This document shows positions 63,659 to 64,000 of a stretch of 64,000 nucleotides of DNA, piece after piece. The DNA comes from a virus. Where the stretch lies: IMG/VR virus record IMGVR_UViG_3300025849_002201; one strand, given 5' to 3'. Every line of letters begins with the position of its first letter. The first letter of the stretch is position 1. Position numbers and translations under genes: made by a program. The notes under the pieces are model-generated. The model did no database searches. It had not been told where the DNA came from and saw only the letters and a list, made by a program, of their open reading frames with translations.

Positions 63659-64000
63659 TTACTCGCTGTCTGTTTCGATTGCTTCTTGCACATGACCGTT
63701 CCAGTCTGTGATAGCAATTTTCTTTGGTTGTAGTTCTTCTGGAACTTCACGTTTTAGATGTACGTTAAGCATACCTAGTTCAAGTCCAGCATTTACTACT
63801 TCAACGTGATCAGCAAGTGTAAACTCTCTACGGAAGTTACGTCCGCCAATACCTTTGTGTAGGTAGTTGACATGTTCGTCTCCCTTAGGAGCAGTTCCTT
63901 CAATACGCAGGATCTTTCCATCCTTTGTAATATCAAGATTGTCCATACCAAAGCCCGCAACGGCAACTGAGATCATATACTCGTCTTCGTTGATTTGTGC
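63659..64000 (-). CDS. ibpA: Small heat-shock protein Hsp20/IbpA (5' end outside the window)
   Basis: Y.I..AVAGF, YLHKGI..R.F.R.F.LA, A.L..G.L...L....PE. Confidence 0.92.
   Translation of the reverse strand, partial: AQINEDEYMISVAVAGFGMDNLDITKDGKILRIEGTAPKGDEHVNYLHKGIGGRNFRREFTLADHVEVVNAGLELGMLNVHLKREVPEELQPKKIAITDWNGHVQEAIETDSE

Overview
A 64-kb internal fragment of a large, T4-like lytic tailed phage genome (Caudoviricetes, standard code 11, almost all genes on the minus strand). An aquatic alphaproteobacterial host is plausible: the window has a HemO+PcyX pair and a tRNA-His with A73 and no G-1. Order along the window: nucleotide and metabolic accessory genes (class I aldolase, MazG-like, QueC-like, GroES, DnaE fragment); a tail/baseplate module with an S8 protease and a 2717-aa fibre; HesB, UvsE, QueD; 22 tRNA genes interleaved with structured non-tRNA elements; ClpP, YccA, TilS and many small early genes under sigma70-type promoters; an RM-like island; a CsgF/CsgG/curlin-like/FecR/CHASE2-cyclase cassette; PcyX/HemO/ClpS/Hsp20. 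Main discovery: the tRNAs form two blocks that split the 20 amino acids exactly 10+10. Each block is preceded by an unannotated short leader ORF whose core codons cover all ten amino acids of its own downstream block, followed by mutually exclusive antiterminator and intrinsic-terminator hairpins. This looks like ribosome-mediated transcription attenuation that switches on phage tRNA arrays when the matching tRNAs become limiting. I do not know of a prior description of this in phages. All calls were made by eye without database searches.
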